From a virus: DNA of 64,000 nucleotides. The position numbers were made by a program, and so were the translations under genes. The stretch lies in the IMG/VR virus record IMGVR_UViG_3300042890_005556, one strand, 5' to 3'. Positions within the stretch are counted from its first letter, which is position 1. Every line of letters begins with the position of its first letter. A model generated the notes under the pieces. That model saw only the letters and a program-made list of their open reading frames with translations, searched no databases and was not told where the DNA came from. Shown in pieces: positions 1 to 9,947 of this stretch.

Positions 1-140
1 TTAAAGATCGTTTCCCATTGATCTTCTTGAATTTCAACGGCAACATTCGGATAGCCAAGCTTAGATAACACGTATTTCTTACACGGGTCACTGTTTAACT
101 TTAAGACAGAAGGTAAGTCTTGAGGCCCTATAATTGCCAT
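1..140 (-). CDS. Head-tail connector/neck protein, T4 gp13-like (5' part only, runs off the window)
   Basis: Manual translation from ATG at 140 (AAGGAG RBS upstream): MAIIGPQDLPSVLKLNSDPCKKYVLSKLGYPNVAVEIQEDQWETIF; the 'YVLxKLGxPxxxVEIxxDQ' pattern resembles gp13-type neck N-termini. Confidence 0.6.
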   Translation of the reverse strand, partial: MAIIGPQDLPSVLKLNSDPCKKYVLSKLGYPNVAVEIQEDQWETIF

Positions 141-208
141 GTTTTTCTCCTTTTTATAATTTGAGTAGACATAATAACAACTATCGGAGAATATATCATT
201 TTGCGTTA

Positions 209-625
209 TTATGTTTTAACGTTTTTGGGTGCTTTACCTTTTCCCTGACCACCACTTCTTTTCCTTTTAGCTGCATTTGCTTTTTCTTTGTCTGTCATAT
301 CTGCGGCTTTTGCTGATGGCACGCATTTTGGATACTTCCTGTCTGGGTTATCAGCGTCTGGCCTCCCACATTCAGGGTGTTTGCCATCTTTCTTTGCGCC
401 GATGTCTACCCATTTTTCATTAAACCATGTGCTTAGATCTTCATTCCAGCTTGCCTGCTTCTTGCCTTTGGAGTCAGGCTGTGTGCCTTTGCATACTTGT
501 ACTGCATAACCATTAGCGTAGGCACTTGGGTATTTCTTGTATTTTCTTTTAGCGGCTTCTTTGCCACGCTTACACAGCTTCGTTTCTTCTATTAGCTTTT
601 CATATTCAAGTGTAAAAGTTTTCAA
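209..625 (-). CDS. Basic conserved phage hypothetical protein (PSAYANG...WFxEKWVD...CGR...YPKC family)
   Basis: ORF track; motif pattern commonly seen in large-phage hypothetical proteins. Confidence 0.55.
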   Translation of the reverse strand: MKTFTLEYEKLIEETKLCKRGKEAAKRKYKKYPSAYANGYAVQVCKGTQPDSKGKKQASWNEDLSTWFNEKWVDIGAKKDGKHPECGRPDADNPDRKYPKCVPSAKAADMTDKEKANAAKRKRSGGQGKGKAPKNVKT

Positions 626-638
626 ATCTCTGACCTTC

Positions 639-1166
639 TTATCTTGGGAAATGAAAACCTCTGTTTCCGAAGATTATGCCGCTGTAATCCAGCCTGTGGA
701 CCTTTGCATTAGCGTATAACGGAAGGTTTGGCGATGCTATGACACTATCAAGCAAGGTCTTCAACGTCTTGACTTCTGCATTTATATAAGACTTTGGAAC
801 ATTAACATGCGGTGCAAATAACGAACCAATGTTACCTTGATTAGCACTGAAGATATTAATATCTTCATTTGTAGCTAAGTTCTCAGATGATGAATGATAG
901 AATCCAGTTATCATCAATTGGGCCGGGTAATCACCGAATTGTGGCTTTATTGCTGATCCAAATGCCATTTGGCTCATTGCAGAGTTATGGAAACCTGTTG
1001 TGCTATCGTATTGTCCACCGCCGGGAGCTGATATATTCAGATCACTTTCTTGGCTTAAGGCATCATAAAATTCGACGGCAAGTTTTTGCAGCGACCTTAT
1101 GTGTACAAACCGCTTGCCTTGGATTGGTGTGACGCTGATATGTGCAGTAAACGGAGTCCACTTCAT
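639..1166 (-). CDS. Hypothetical protein
   Basis: 175 aa ORF, GGAGG upstream, co-oriented with neighbours. Confidence 0.6.
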   Translation of the reverse strand: MKWTPFTAHISVTPIQGKRFVHIRSLQKLAVEFYDALSQESDLNISAPGGGQYDSTTGFHNSAMSQMAFGSAIKPQFGDYPAQLMITGFYHSSSENLATNEDINIFSANQGNIGSLFAPHVNVPKSYINAEVKTLKTLLDSVIASPNLPLYANAKVHRLDYSGIIFGNRGFHFPR

Positions 1167-1190
1167 CTTTCATTTCCTCCGTTTGTATTT

Positions 1191-1559
1191 TTAATCCCAA
1201 GTTATTTCTACTAATTCTTCGGGAATAACCTCTACGACATCCGAAGGCAACTTAAAACCATCAAACTCTACGTGCCAGTCATCTTCTTTCACATAAGCCA
1301 CTGTTCCTGAATCGTTTGCCTTGCACTTATAGCCTATACAGTGCACTATCTGAGGTTCAGCACCTAATTGCATTGCGACTCTGCGTCTATAGAAGACGAT
1401 CTGTCCCGGTTTTAGCTTTATTGTGAGTATTTTCTTAGTGGATGATGCTAATAAAGATATTTCTGTTAGATTATGTCTGCCCATCTTCTCGAATGGGACA
1501 CCACCCATTTGTGTCACGTATTGACCGTCTGCATATCTGGCAAGCCACACTAGTCGCAT
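1191..1559 (-). CDS. Hypothetical protein
   Basis: 122 aa ORF, GAGG upstream. Confidence 0.6.
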   Translation of the reverse strand: MRLVWLARYADGQYVTQMGGVPFEKMGRHNLTEISLLASSTKKILTIKLKPGQIVFYRRRVAMQLGAEPQIVHCIGYKCKANDSGTVAYVKEDDWHVEFDGFKLPSDVVEVIPEELVEITWD

Positions 1560-1612
1560 TATGACCTCTCATAAAATTACCCCGCCATTTCTGGCGGAGC
1601 CATTTGTTCTCG

Positions 1613-1915
1613 TCAATAGGGGTAGAACGTATATTCTTCGAGATAATCGTGGCTGTTTATGGAGTCAAGAGCGCTATCAGCCGCTAATTTGGAAGCGTAT
1701 TCTTCGTCTGTCATCACATCCACAGAACAAACCCAAAGACAATATCCCTGTTTACCATGCCCATCGCAACTATGCACACCTACTGGTGTGTCGAATTCGA
1801 TACCAACTTGCTTCGCAGCACTGCTGGTGAGAACTACGACCGTCGCCTGAACCGGCGTTGGTGTGCCTTGACCAACAAGCCACATCCTATCACCTTTGCG
1901 AATCGTGCGTGCCAT
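1613..1915 (-). CDS. Small SH3/CAP-Gly-like hypothetical protein
   Basis: VGIEFDTPVGVHSCDG...GYCLWV segment; GAGG RBS. Confidence 0.5.
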   Translation of the reverse strand: MARTIRKGDRMWLVGQGTPTPVQATVVVLTSSAAKQVGIEFDTPVGVHSCDGHGKQGYCLWVCSVDVMTDEEYASKLAADSALDSINSHDYLEEYTFYPY

Positions 1916-1932
1916 TGCTAATCCTCAGATTC

Positions 1933-2496
1933 TCAAGTTTCGTCGTAGAGCCACGTGAAGGTTGCAGATCCAGTAGCACCAGGCTGAGCAGTTGATCCAA
2001 CACTCAGCTGATAAACGACATAATTTCCAAACTGTGCTGGTGTAGCCGAACCAAAAGTGATCGATCCCGTTACCGGAAACGATGGCGAGCCACCAACGTT
2101 ATATACAAATGGGTCGGCAGGTGAAGCCAGCAATGCCGTATGATTAACAAGCGTTAATTGAGTACCGCTTGTTCCTACTGTACCCTCAGCTTGGTGATAT
2201 GTTGTAGACTGATTAAAAATAGCGGCCACACCAGTGCCAAAGTTATTGGCTCCGTTCGTGTACCATCGAATATTATTGATAGTACCTGCGGGATTAGTGT
2301 AAGCTATGAGGCGAGTTGAAACCCAGTAGCTGTAATTAGTGCCAGCTGCGGGAATACGAACTGGATTACTACTTGTTGTCGCCACAGAGTAATGGTTATC
2401 GTCAGCGTTAGCCACCGTATTGCCGCCGCTAATCTCAGCTGTAACCTGTGAGACGCCTGTATTCGTGATCCTAACTATACCAATATTCGCGGCCAT
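1933..2496 (-). CDS. Putative virion structural protein (beta-rich, Thr/Gly/Asn-rich)
   Basis: Composition, C-terminal 'FTWLYDET', strong AAGGAGG RBS. Confidence 0.5.
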   Translation of the reverse strand: MAANIGIVRITNTGVSQVTAEISGGNTVANADDNHYSVATTSSNPVRIPAAGTNYSYWVSTRLIAYTNPAGTINNIRWYTNGANNFGTGVAAIFNQSTTYHQAEGTVGTSGTQLTLVNHTALLASPADPFVYNVGGSPSFPVTGSITFGSATPAQFGNYVVYQLSVGSTAQPGATGSATFTWLYDET

Positions 2497-2514
2497 TCAA
2501 TCCTCCTTTAGGCA

Positions 2515-2552
2515 TATCAAAAAAGCAAGAAGGGGCACATTTGTGCCCCTTC
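2515..2552 (-). terminator. Rho-independent terminator
   Basis: Stem GAAGGGGCAC/GTGCCCCTTC (2529-2552) followed on the minus strand by TTGCTTTTTT, just downstream of 2560..2973. Confidence 0.75.
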
Positions 2553-2559
2553 ACTTTGA

Positions 2560-2973
2560 TTAGTCGACGTCAGCGTAGGCAGTCAGAGCTGTCTTGGCAT
2601 CGTTGAACAGATCATTTGCCAGAACGGTGGCAGAAGTGTTCTTGAGGAACCTGTCGCTACCGATTTGGAAAGCGAAGTCTTCACCCGTAATGTTTTCGAT
2701 ACCAGCAGTCAAGCTCAGTTGCTTGAACGTACCGACCACGATTGGAAATCCACGGCTGACACCAGCAGCAGCCTGGCCCATGTATGGGCTGAAATCCTTA
2801 GTAGCTGTGTCGCGCGTCAAGACACCTGCCGTAATTTCCGAGCCAGGTATCACAAGAACCAACGGACGCAGGTTCTTAATGATGGCCGCTACGGAGTCGT
2901 AACGAGAAATGTTACGGCGAGTTCTTAGCGTACGAAAGACCGAAATGCTGGTGTTTAATGGTTGTGCGGACAT
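2560..2973 (-). CDS. Putative virion structural protein
   Basis: 137 aa ORF, GGAGG RBS, own terminator. Confidence 0.5.
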   Translation of the reverse strand: MSAQPLNTSISVFRTLRTRRNISRYDSVAAIIKNLRPLVLVIPGSEITAGVLTRDTATKDFSPYMGQAAAGVSRGFPIVVGTFKQLSLTAGIENITGEDFAFQIGSDRFLKNTSATVLANDLFNDAKTALTAYADVD

Positions 2974-3020
2974 GATAAACCTCCGTTAGTATGTGCCCAA
3001 CAGTCAATTTATTTTTGCAT

Positions 3021-3058
3021 AATAAAAATAAGGCCCAGGTTCCTAAAAACCTGAGCCT
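3021..3058 (-). terminator. Rho-independent terminator
   Basis: AGGCTCAGGTT/AACCTGGGCCT hairpin plus TATTTTTATT on the minus strand after 3088..3384. Confidence 0.65.
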
Positions 3059-3087
3059 AGAACAATCAATATATCAGATATGCTTGC

Positions 3088-3384
3088 TCACTCACAGGAA
3101 GCACAACCGACGTGCACCTTCTTCTTGAACAACCCACCAAGGAGACTTCGCTTAGCCTTATGAGGAACGGCCTCAACGACCTCTTCCTTATAACCAACAA
3201 CAACAGTCTCCTTCACAGTGATTTGCTTTTCACGAACCTCAGTGACAGGAACCCGTTTGATCAAAACAGGCTTCTTAACCACCACGGTCTCCTCGACATA
3301 TGCAACGGAATACTGAGGACAGCAATCACCAGCTACAGCAGTCGAGGAACCAGCCAACAGCAGCAATGCAGCAAAACTCTTCAT
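3088..3384 (-). CDS. Small secreted Cys/Val-rich protein with Sec signal peptide
   Basis: MKSFAALLLLAGSSTAVA|GDCCP...VGCASCE; AGGAG RBS. Confidence 0.65.
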   Translation of the reverse strand: MKSFAALLLLAGSSTAVAGDCCPQYSVAYVEETVVVKKPVLIKRVPVTEVREKQITVKETVVVGYKEEVVEAVPHKAKRSLLGGLFKKKVHVGCASCE

Positions 3385-3456
3385 GGGTATCTCCTAAAAT
3401 GTCGTGAAACATCAATCAACTGGTCTCACTGAAAATATAATACTAGGAAAAAACAC

Positions 3457-4002
3457 ATGAAACTAATACAAATATCTGAAGCTAAAGATGCCCACATAAT
3501 AAAACACCAAAGCGAAGCCATAGGAAAGTTAAAAACCTACATAACGAAATATAAAAACCAAAAAGCGATGAAAGCGATAGAGAAAATATTCAGTGATCCG
3601 GATATCAGCACTTGGAAACAAAACTCCTGGATAGTCACCGACACGATCAATAACCTAGAAAAAGATCAAAAAATAAATCAAACAGAAAAACAGAGTGCCA
3701 TAGCACAGCTTAAAACTGTACTGACAACACCACCAGCAATTATAATATCATCACTTTATAGCATTCCTAAAGAACAATTAAAAGATACTGCTCTCAAAAA
3801 CTTAAATCTAAGCCCCTCCGAAAACAAAAGACTTAAAAAGGGCTTAGGACCTCAAGGATATATCGCAGCGTTATCCTCAGCAGACAATATGCGAAGTAGC
3901 ACCTTAAAGAAAACGCTATTAGACATTTCCAAAAACAGCGACTCAACATCTCAATCAATAAGACAGTCAATACCAGGCGTTAATATCGTCAAAGACTTCT
4001 AA
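3457..4002 (+). CDS. Hypothetical protein
   Basis: 181 aa ORF, AGGA RBS. Confidence 0.6.
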   Translation: MKLIQISEAKDAHIIKHQSEAIGKLKTYITKYKNQKAMKAIEKIFSDPDISTWKQNSWIVTDTINNLEKDQKINQTEKQSAIAQLKTVLTTPPAIIISSLYSIPKEQLKDTALKNLNLSPSENKRLKKGLGPQGYIAALSSADNMRSSTLKKTLLDISKNSDSTSQSIRQSIPGVNIVKDF

Positions 4003-4567
4003 ATATTTCTCTAAGATCATCAATATTAATGCCTTCAAAATCTATATAAGCATGGTTATTGCATTTCATAAACAGAAAAAGCATGTCAACCTCTTGTATC
4101 CTATCAGGCATCCCCACAATATCAAAACCGAGTACCTTGCTGAAATCATGTAACGACTTACGGCGAGCATCATCGAATATCTCATAAATGAAAGATTCTT
4201 CCTCATTCATAAAGCTGCGATAAATGCGGTATAATTTATAAGCACAAACTGGGTCGGGCCTGTTAGTATTAAAACTGCCATGAAATTCATACCTAGATCT
4301 GAATATCTCAAGATTTTTGTATAAATCATAGTCCTCAAGACACACTATCGGCTCGCACTCATATGCGATCGATAATTTTGATCTAAAATCAAAAGTCCTT
4401 CGCGCGATATAAGATTCACAATCATCCGCAAATCGTAGTTTGTCGCCAACAGCCAAAACATCATCGTGTTTTAAAGTGATGAAAAAACTGACGAAATCTT
4501 TGTTCGTCTCTATTGTTATGCAAACACAGCTTTCATTCATACTTGCATCTCCATTTAGTGTTACCAC
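3989..4567 (-). CDS. Hypothetical protein
   Basis: 192 aa ORF; true start may be the internal Met (MNESC). Confidence 0.5.
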   Translation of the reverse strand: MVTLNGDASMNESCVCITIETNKDFVSFFITLKHDDVLAVGDKLRFADDCESYIARRTFDFRSKLSIAYECEPIVCLEDYDLYKNLEIFRSRYEFHGSFNTNRPDPVCAYKLYRIYRSFMNEEESFIYEIFDDARRKSLHDFSKVLGFDIVGMPDRIQEVDMLFLFMKCNNHAYIDFEGINIDDLREIFRSL

Positions 4568-4605
4568 GATATGTAATTAAAATACATCATCAAACGGCGA
4601 GAAAA

Positions 4606-4911
4606 ATGGAAGAAAATCAGACCATAACACTAAAAAGACGAGTCTCGACAGACTTTATAGAGTCACTGCCACAAGATATACTGGACATTAACGTTAAAAT
4701 GTATCTGGTGGTAAAAAGAAAGCCAACCCAAGACTGTGAATATGGCGTAGACGCTAGAATAGATCCATGCGAACTAAACCTCAAAAATAAAACCATTAGC
4801 TTCACCATCAATAAGAAATATAATCCGGGCATAGAGTCTTTTGATGATCTAGAACCAACATTTTTTGAATCAGCACAAGCAGCATTCACAATTTTTTGCT
4901 ATTCATTGTGA
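4606..4911 (+). CDS. Hypothetical protein
   Basis: In-frame ATG at 4606 (MEENQ) of ORF 4513..4911 avoids overlap with the upstream gene. Confidence 0.5.
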   Translation: MEENQTITLKRRVSTDFIESLPQDILDINVKMYLVVKRKPTQDCEYGVDARIDPCELNLKNKTISFTINKKYNPGIESFDDLEPTFFESAQAAFTIFCYSL

Positions 4912-5644
4912 TAACCTTTGGCTTCACATTCAAGAACCTGCTTGGCCTCACCGCATAATCCTCAGATCTACACCAAAAAGCAGTGGTGTAAACAGACACA
5001 GTAAGCTGAGCCAGATAAATACCCAATAACCTTTCTACAAATTTTTCCGTCCACATACCAGTATCTCGCACTTTCATCTTCTCAACCACAAGCAATAGTT
5101 TATAACCCAAAACATCCAACACCTGCCTAGTGCACATAAATTGACAATCGATAATCATCCTGGGCTTGGAATCAAAAGCGTAATTATATGCTTCGGCATC
5201 GTATTTCCGAATCATATCCCAAATGTGGGTATTCACATCAAAAGAATTCTCTGAGTACAGATCAAAATAGCGGAAATCATCAGTCAGCACCAGGTCGTTA
5301 TTAGACTTAAGACATGACGCTATGCCAAGTGACGTGTCCTCATCAATGACCTCCAATAGCCCATCCCAAGTCTCGCTAGCGCTCCTCTGCATCATTGACC
5401 GACCATTCAAAAATGCAACATGGTTGTTTCCTATTAATTGATCAGCATGCTCCCAAACAGTGAGAATAGTGCTCGCGTTGCCTATCACAGAGCTCCATGC
5501 AGAATATGTTGGGTAAAAATCTGACTTGGCTATATAATCAGCATCTACGTTAAAGTCGTCAGATATTTTTATATCTTCTACAGCGTCATGTTGTTCGATC
5601 TCTCGAAACCCTTCCGAATCCGAGAATCTTATTAGTTTTATCAT
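4886..5644 (-). CDS. Hypothetical, possibly degenerate glycosyltransferase-associated protein
   Basis: Last gene of a translationally coupled GT run; 'FMC...ERLLGIY' pattern. Confidence 0.4.
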   Translation of the reverse strand: MIKLIRFSDSEGFREIEQHDAVEDIKISDDFNVDADYIAKSDFYPTYSAWSSVIGNASTILTVWEHADQLIGNNHVAFLNGRSMMQRSASETWDGLLEVIDEDTSLGIASCLKSNNDLVLTDDFRYFDLYSENSFDVNTHIWDMIRKYDAEAYNYAFDSKPRMIIDCQFMCTRQVLDVLGYKLLLVVEKMKVRDTGMWTEKFVERLLGIYLAQLTVSVYTTAFWCRSEDYAVRPSRFLNVKPKVITMNSKKL

Positions 5645-6465
5645 TTTGATATCAGCCCTGAATATTTCACACCCAAAACCTGTACTTCTATCCCATCATC
5701 CGATTTGAGCCTGAATCCAATTTGGCTAGACACCTCTCCAAATAGATTCCAATTCATGTGCGTTGTCAATAGCTCTGGAAATGCGGCGCTCCATTTTGTA
5801 TACAAGTATCTAAGAATCTTCCAATATTTGTTATTCTTTCCCATGCTAGTGGAATACTTACCATAGTGTATAATAGGAATGTCTGCAGAATAAACATTAT
5901 ATCCAGCCTTCCTAGCCTGCAGACTGTAGTCAATACCATAAAAATGAAATCCATCTAAACTCTCATCGAACTTTAATTTTATATCTTTTGATACAGCAAA
6001 AAAGCATTCGTCTATACAGTGTACTGCTGTTGCCTCTTTTACCCCATTCCAATATGGCACTTTGCTCACAAATTCGTCATCATCATTATAAACAGTACCA
6101 ACAGCTAGCTTTTGATTTATTTGTGTCTTGCCACCCCAGCTACCTATATCAAGAGATCCATATTTTAGATCAATCCCAGCTGCACCTATAATTTTAGTAT
6201 CCTTAGTCAATAATTTATCTAATTTTTCTAAGCTCCCTGGCAGCAACGCAATGTCTTGGTGGGCATATATTATGTAGTCTCCTCTAGCCACTTCTCTACC
6301 AGCATTTAAAGCCTGGCTAGCATTGTAAATTCCACTATAATTAAATATTGGAACGTATTCAATGTCTAGTCTTTTTTGCTTCTTTATCGACTTCAGAAGA
6401 CAATCATTAAAAATCTCTTTGTCACTTATACAGCAAACCACCGAATATTTTATGCTCTTCTTCAA
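5641..6465 (-). CDS. GT-A (GT2-like) glycosyltransferase
   Basis: ALNAG...GDYIIYAHQD; CIDECFF; FDESLDGFHFYGIDYSLQA. Confidence 0.75.
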   Translation of the reverse strand: MKKSIKYSVVCCISDKEIFNDCLLKSIKKQKRLDIEYVPIFNYSGIYNASQALNAGREVARGDYIIYAHQDIALLPGSLEKLDKLLTKDTKIIGAAGIDLKYGSLDIGSWGGKTQINQKLAVGTVYNDDDEFVSKVPYWNGVKEATAVHCIDECFFAVSKDIKLKFDESLDGFHFYGIDYSLQARKAGYNVYSADIPIIHYGKYSTSMGKNNKYWKILRYLYTKWSAAFPELLTTHMNWNLFGEVSSQIGFRLKSDDGIEVQVLGVKYSGLISK

Positions 6466-7397
6466 TTGATCATTCCATCAGCTTCTTGATGATACCCAAG
6501 ACCGCGCAATAACGTAGCACACCTGTGGTGATAAGTATGATTATTTAACACTTCTTCCTTTTGTTTTCGAGCAACGTCTTTTGCAAGATCTGGGTTACTC
6601 AAATATCGCCCGACTAAGTTTTTATAATCCTGAGCGTCTCTAGCCACCACCATTGATGGGATCATGGCTTTAATACTAGGAACAGGATCATGTATCGCTA
6701 GGACTCCTGATAAAGCTAACTTGAAAGCTCTCTCAGGTATGTCAAACCCAAATTGTTGAGTGTGTGCTTCCGATATGCATGGACCTATCTTACCGGTATT
6801 CAGAAATTGATTTGACTGATCTTCTGGTAGTCTTTCGACTTCGTGCTTCGAGGGCCATTCTCCCCAACCTTTAATAGAACATTGGTAAGTGTCAAGAACC
6901 GGCATTAGGTACTCGTCTATCGTTTTGGCCTTATACGGCCATCTGCCCCCAAGGTATACTATATCATTATGCCGCAATAAACCAAGATCATAATATTGCA
7001 ATCTATCACCAGCTACAGGCATCGGAACCCAAGGTATACAAAATACCGTTACCCAATACGACCAAATAATCGCGTCATTTTTTGAACCATACCCAAACAC
7101 TAAGTCAGCTTTGTTACTGACCACCCACTCTTTATCAGCATCACTCTCGTTAATATGGCCTATATCAATAGGCCCGTATGGATTAACATGTATGGCTACT
7201 TTCGCCCTTCTAATATTTGGTATAGGCTCTTTATGCCCAGAACAGCCAATATACACATCTGGATCAAAGCTTGACCACTGCGCTAGGTCACCAGTATATC
7301 TCTGTATCTCGTGCCCTTTATCGGCGAACGCACTCATCAGAGAGTCTGTTATATAACCCCATGCACCACCTACTCTTTTATTCATTAAGATCTTCAA
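6462..7397 (-). CDS. GT-B glycosyltransferase (CgeB/YkvP-like)
   Basis: DIVYLGG, ERAFKLALSG, C-terminal VLNNHTYHHR. Confidence 0.75.
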   Translation of the reverse strand: MKILMNKRVGGAWGYITDSLMSAFADKGHEIQRYTGDLAQWSSFDPDVYIGCSGHKEPIPNIRRAKVAIHVNPYGPIDIGHINESDADKEWVVSNKADLVFGYGSKNDAIIWSYWVTVFCIPWVPMPVAGDRLQYYDLGLLRHNDIVYLGGRWPYKAKTIDEYLMPVLDTYQCSIKGWGEWPSKHEVERLPEDQSNQFLNTGKIGPCISEAHTQQFGFDIPERAFKLALSGVLAIHDPVPSIKAMIPSMVVARDAQDYKNLVGRYLSNPDLAKDVARKQKEEVLNNHTYHHRCATLLRGLGYHQEADGMIN

Positions 7398-9313
7398 CAG
7401 TTCACCATTCCTGTTACTTGGGAAATCTGTAACTCAATTCTTTGACGAATTGTAAGCTCTTTTAGTTTATCATGTATGGCTTTGTTTTGATCATGATGCT
7501 GATACCATCCCTCAGATCTACCATGATGAAGATGCAGAAGATTGTACGTTCTATTGTCTAGATATTTTGACCCTCCCGACATTCTTTCATAAAAATCACA
7601 ATCTTCACACCCGTAACCCCAAAAATCCTCGTTAAATCCGCCTACTTTCCAATAAGCATCCTTTGTACATGCCAAAGAGCCTCCCTCATAATATCCAACA
7701 ACACGCTCAAACACAGGATCTGATACTTCTCCAGAACTATTAATGCGATCAGTGCTCGCCTTATCCGTGTACACTACAGTAGACCCCAGATGACAAGACT
7801 CATAATTGTCCAGCACAGCACTTACTTCAGATGCATATCCATTTATAGCAAGCATGTCAGCATCATGTAAGATTATCTTATTGCTTGTAGCTTTGGAAAC
7901 ACCAAGATTAAACGCTTTGGCTTTATTGAAAGAATGTTCCTCTGCAACATTGACTTTATAATATCTTATTGGTTCATATTGCGACACATCTATTTTTTGA
8001 GTCTGGTCTTCTTCTACTAATATTATCTCTATGTCTGGGTATTTTTGGGCTCTTATATTATTCAGTACTGTGTTTAGAGAACCAGTCCGTTCCTGCTCTC
8101 TAAAAGGAACTATAAATGTGACCTTTGGAATACACGAATCTTCAGTGAAATCATGCTTTAATTTTTTTAGACTGTCGTATTTGTCACGAGCAGATTTTAG
8201 ACACTCATTCTTGTCGTCTATTGAAGTACTTTCTTTATGCAATTTAATATATGATTCACTGCTATGGAGATCATAGTAACCTTCTTTCTGCATTTTATTT
8301 GCATAGGCTCTAGAAGACCATTCTATATGTTCTAGACCATAATATCCAAAATCTTCGTTGAATGCTCCAACAGCACGAAAATACTCGTTTGTAAAAGCCA
8401 ACAGTGCACCATGCGGTCTGTCGTTGACTACATTTAACTGCACTCCATTTACAACAGTACTCATCCCTTTATCTGCACCATATATTCCGGCCTGTCTAAA
8501 AACGAGATGGTGCATCATCGATTTTTTTAAACCATCAGCATAAAAATATTCCCAACCAGGCTTCAATATCTCTATATCGTCATTTAACAAAATACCGTAT
8601 TGAAATCTGCTTAAAGCACGTAGTAATCTGTTTGAGTTTCCAGCCACCCCAAGTCTAACATTGTTTTTTATGACCACAATGTTCGATTGTTCACGTAATT
8701 CTTCTAAGTATGCGATTAATTCTGGGTCCGTGCTACAATCGTCACTGACAAATACAGTCGTAGAATTTAAGTTAGTGTTTTTGTTTATACTGTCAATGAG
8801 ACGCTCTAACGAGTCTTTCCTGTTGTAAGATAATATGCCCACTCCTATATTGTTGCTGATTGGATATAGACCCTTACTGTTTTTTATCAAACCAACAGCT
8901 GTTCGTTGTATTTTGATTTTTTCATCTTCCGAAACCTGCTTACCTACGATCTTATCGACTGATTTTTGGGCTTGTACTGGCTGTCGTGTATTCTGCCTGC
9001 TGCCAATAATTGTGCGTCGCTGAGGCTGAGGCTGAGGCTGAGGCTTAGGCTGCCTATGATGCTGCATCAACGGAGTTATTACTGGTTTTGTTGGCGTGTT
9101 GACTGTTTCGACTTTTTCGACTTTTTGGCTTATGATTGGTGTGGACGGTTTTAATGTTTCATTGTTATTCAGATTTATTAAAAATCCTCTCTGCCGGTAA
9201 ATCTCATAATATGCAGGAAGATTCACTATTTGCCTACTCTTGATCTTAACTATTTGTCCTTCTGGACCAGTTATATGCACTGTGTGATGGTGCGGGTTTT
9301 GGTATTCTGGCAT
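7394..9313 (-). CDS. Bifunctional glycosyltransferase with two GT2/GT7C-like domains
   Basis: ILSYNR..VSDDCSTD..LLNDD..GAFNEDFGYYGLEH and VPFRE..FNKAKAFNLG..LHDAD..GGFNEDFWGYGCEDCD; start set at MPEYQ (9313). Confidence 0.85.
   Translation of the reverse strand: MPEYQNPHHHTVHITGPEGQIVKIKSRQIVNLPAYYEIYRQRGFLINLNNNETLKPSTPIISQKVEKVETVNTPTKPVITPLMQHHRQPKPQPQPQPQRRTIIGSRQNTRQPVQAQKSVDKIVGKQVSEDEKIKIQRTAVGLIKNSKGLYPISNNIGVGILSYNRKDSLERLIDSINKNTNLNSTTVFVSDDCSTDPELIAYLEELREQSNIVVIKNNVRLGVAGNSNRLLRALSRFQYGILLNDDIEILKPGWEYFYADGLKKSMMHHLVFRQAGIYGADKGMSTVVNGVQLNVVNDRPHGALLAFTNEYFRAVGAFNEDFGYYGLEHIEWSSRAYANKMQKEGYYDLHSSESYIKLHKESTSIDDKNECLKSARDKYDSLKKLKHDFTEDSCIPKVTFIVPFREQERTGSLNTVLNNIRAQKYPDIEIILVEEDQTQKIDVSQYEPIRYYKVNVAEEHSFNKAKAFNLGVSKATSNKIILHDADMLAINGYASEVSAVLDNYESCHLGSTVVYTDKASTDRINSSGEVSDPVFERVVGYYEGGSLACTKDAYWKVGGFNEDFWGYGCEDCDFYERMSGGSKYLDNRTYNLLHLHHGRSEGWYQHHDQNKAIHDKLKELTIRQRIELQISQVTGMVNC
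9019..9053. repeat. Hexanucleotide tandem repeat (GGCTGA)n encoding PKPQPQPQPQ linker
   Basis: gctgaggctgaggctgaggctgaggcttaggctg seen directly. Confidence 0.8.
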
Positions 9314-9314
9314 A

Positions 9315-9947
9315 CTATCTCCTAATTTCCACGTACAATGGTGCAAAATTTATTGGATCGTCGTCATTCAGTCTGAACCTACTTGGTCTTATTAATAGAT
9401 TCCCCTCATAAGACCCTTGCCCCTGAATGATAGCGTCAATGACTGATGGGTTTAGTATCACTGTATTTTTTGTCTTTAAAGTATTCACGAGCTTTCCAAA
9501 GACATCCTCTATAAGCCCCGGGCTCACACATTTGTTTAAGGATGTCCTCACATCTACTAACGTCAGAATATCACCAGCAATACTAAAATGATATTGTGCT
9601 TGCTCTATCTTTATGACGTTCATTAATCTAACATAGTTGACTAACTCATCCTTCACGAATTTTCTGCTAGTAATTCCAAGCGGTGTCACGTCAGATTCTA
9701 ATTCTATAAGATTACCAGCAGCATCGGAAAAAACAGTGTAGACATCATCCTTCTGGGTGTCTCGATAAATCAGAACAGTGAGATCAACATCGCCAGGGTG
9801 TTTTTGGACATAGCAATATATATGTTCTAATCTTTTTAGTTCTGTGTGGTCGTAGTACTTGGGGTAAGGCAGGACTTTTGGTACTTTAAATGTACCAGAC
9901 TGTGACGTTATGGACGTAGTCGTGTTGGCTGATCGCAAAGACGCCAT
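9315..9947 (-). CDS. Hypothetical protein
   Basis: 210 aa ORF; start uncertain. Confidence 0.55.
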   Translation of the reverse strand: MASLRSANTTTSITSQSGTFKVPKVLPYPKYYDHTELKRLEHIYCYVQKHPGDVDLTVLIYRDTQKDDVYTVFSDAAGNLIELESDVTPLGITSRKFVKDELVNYVRLMNVIKIEQAQYHFSIAGDILTLVDVRTSLNKCVSPGLIEDVFGKLVNTLKTKNTVILNPSVIDAIIQGQGSYEGNLLIRPSRFRLNDDDPINFAPLYVEIRR

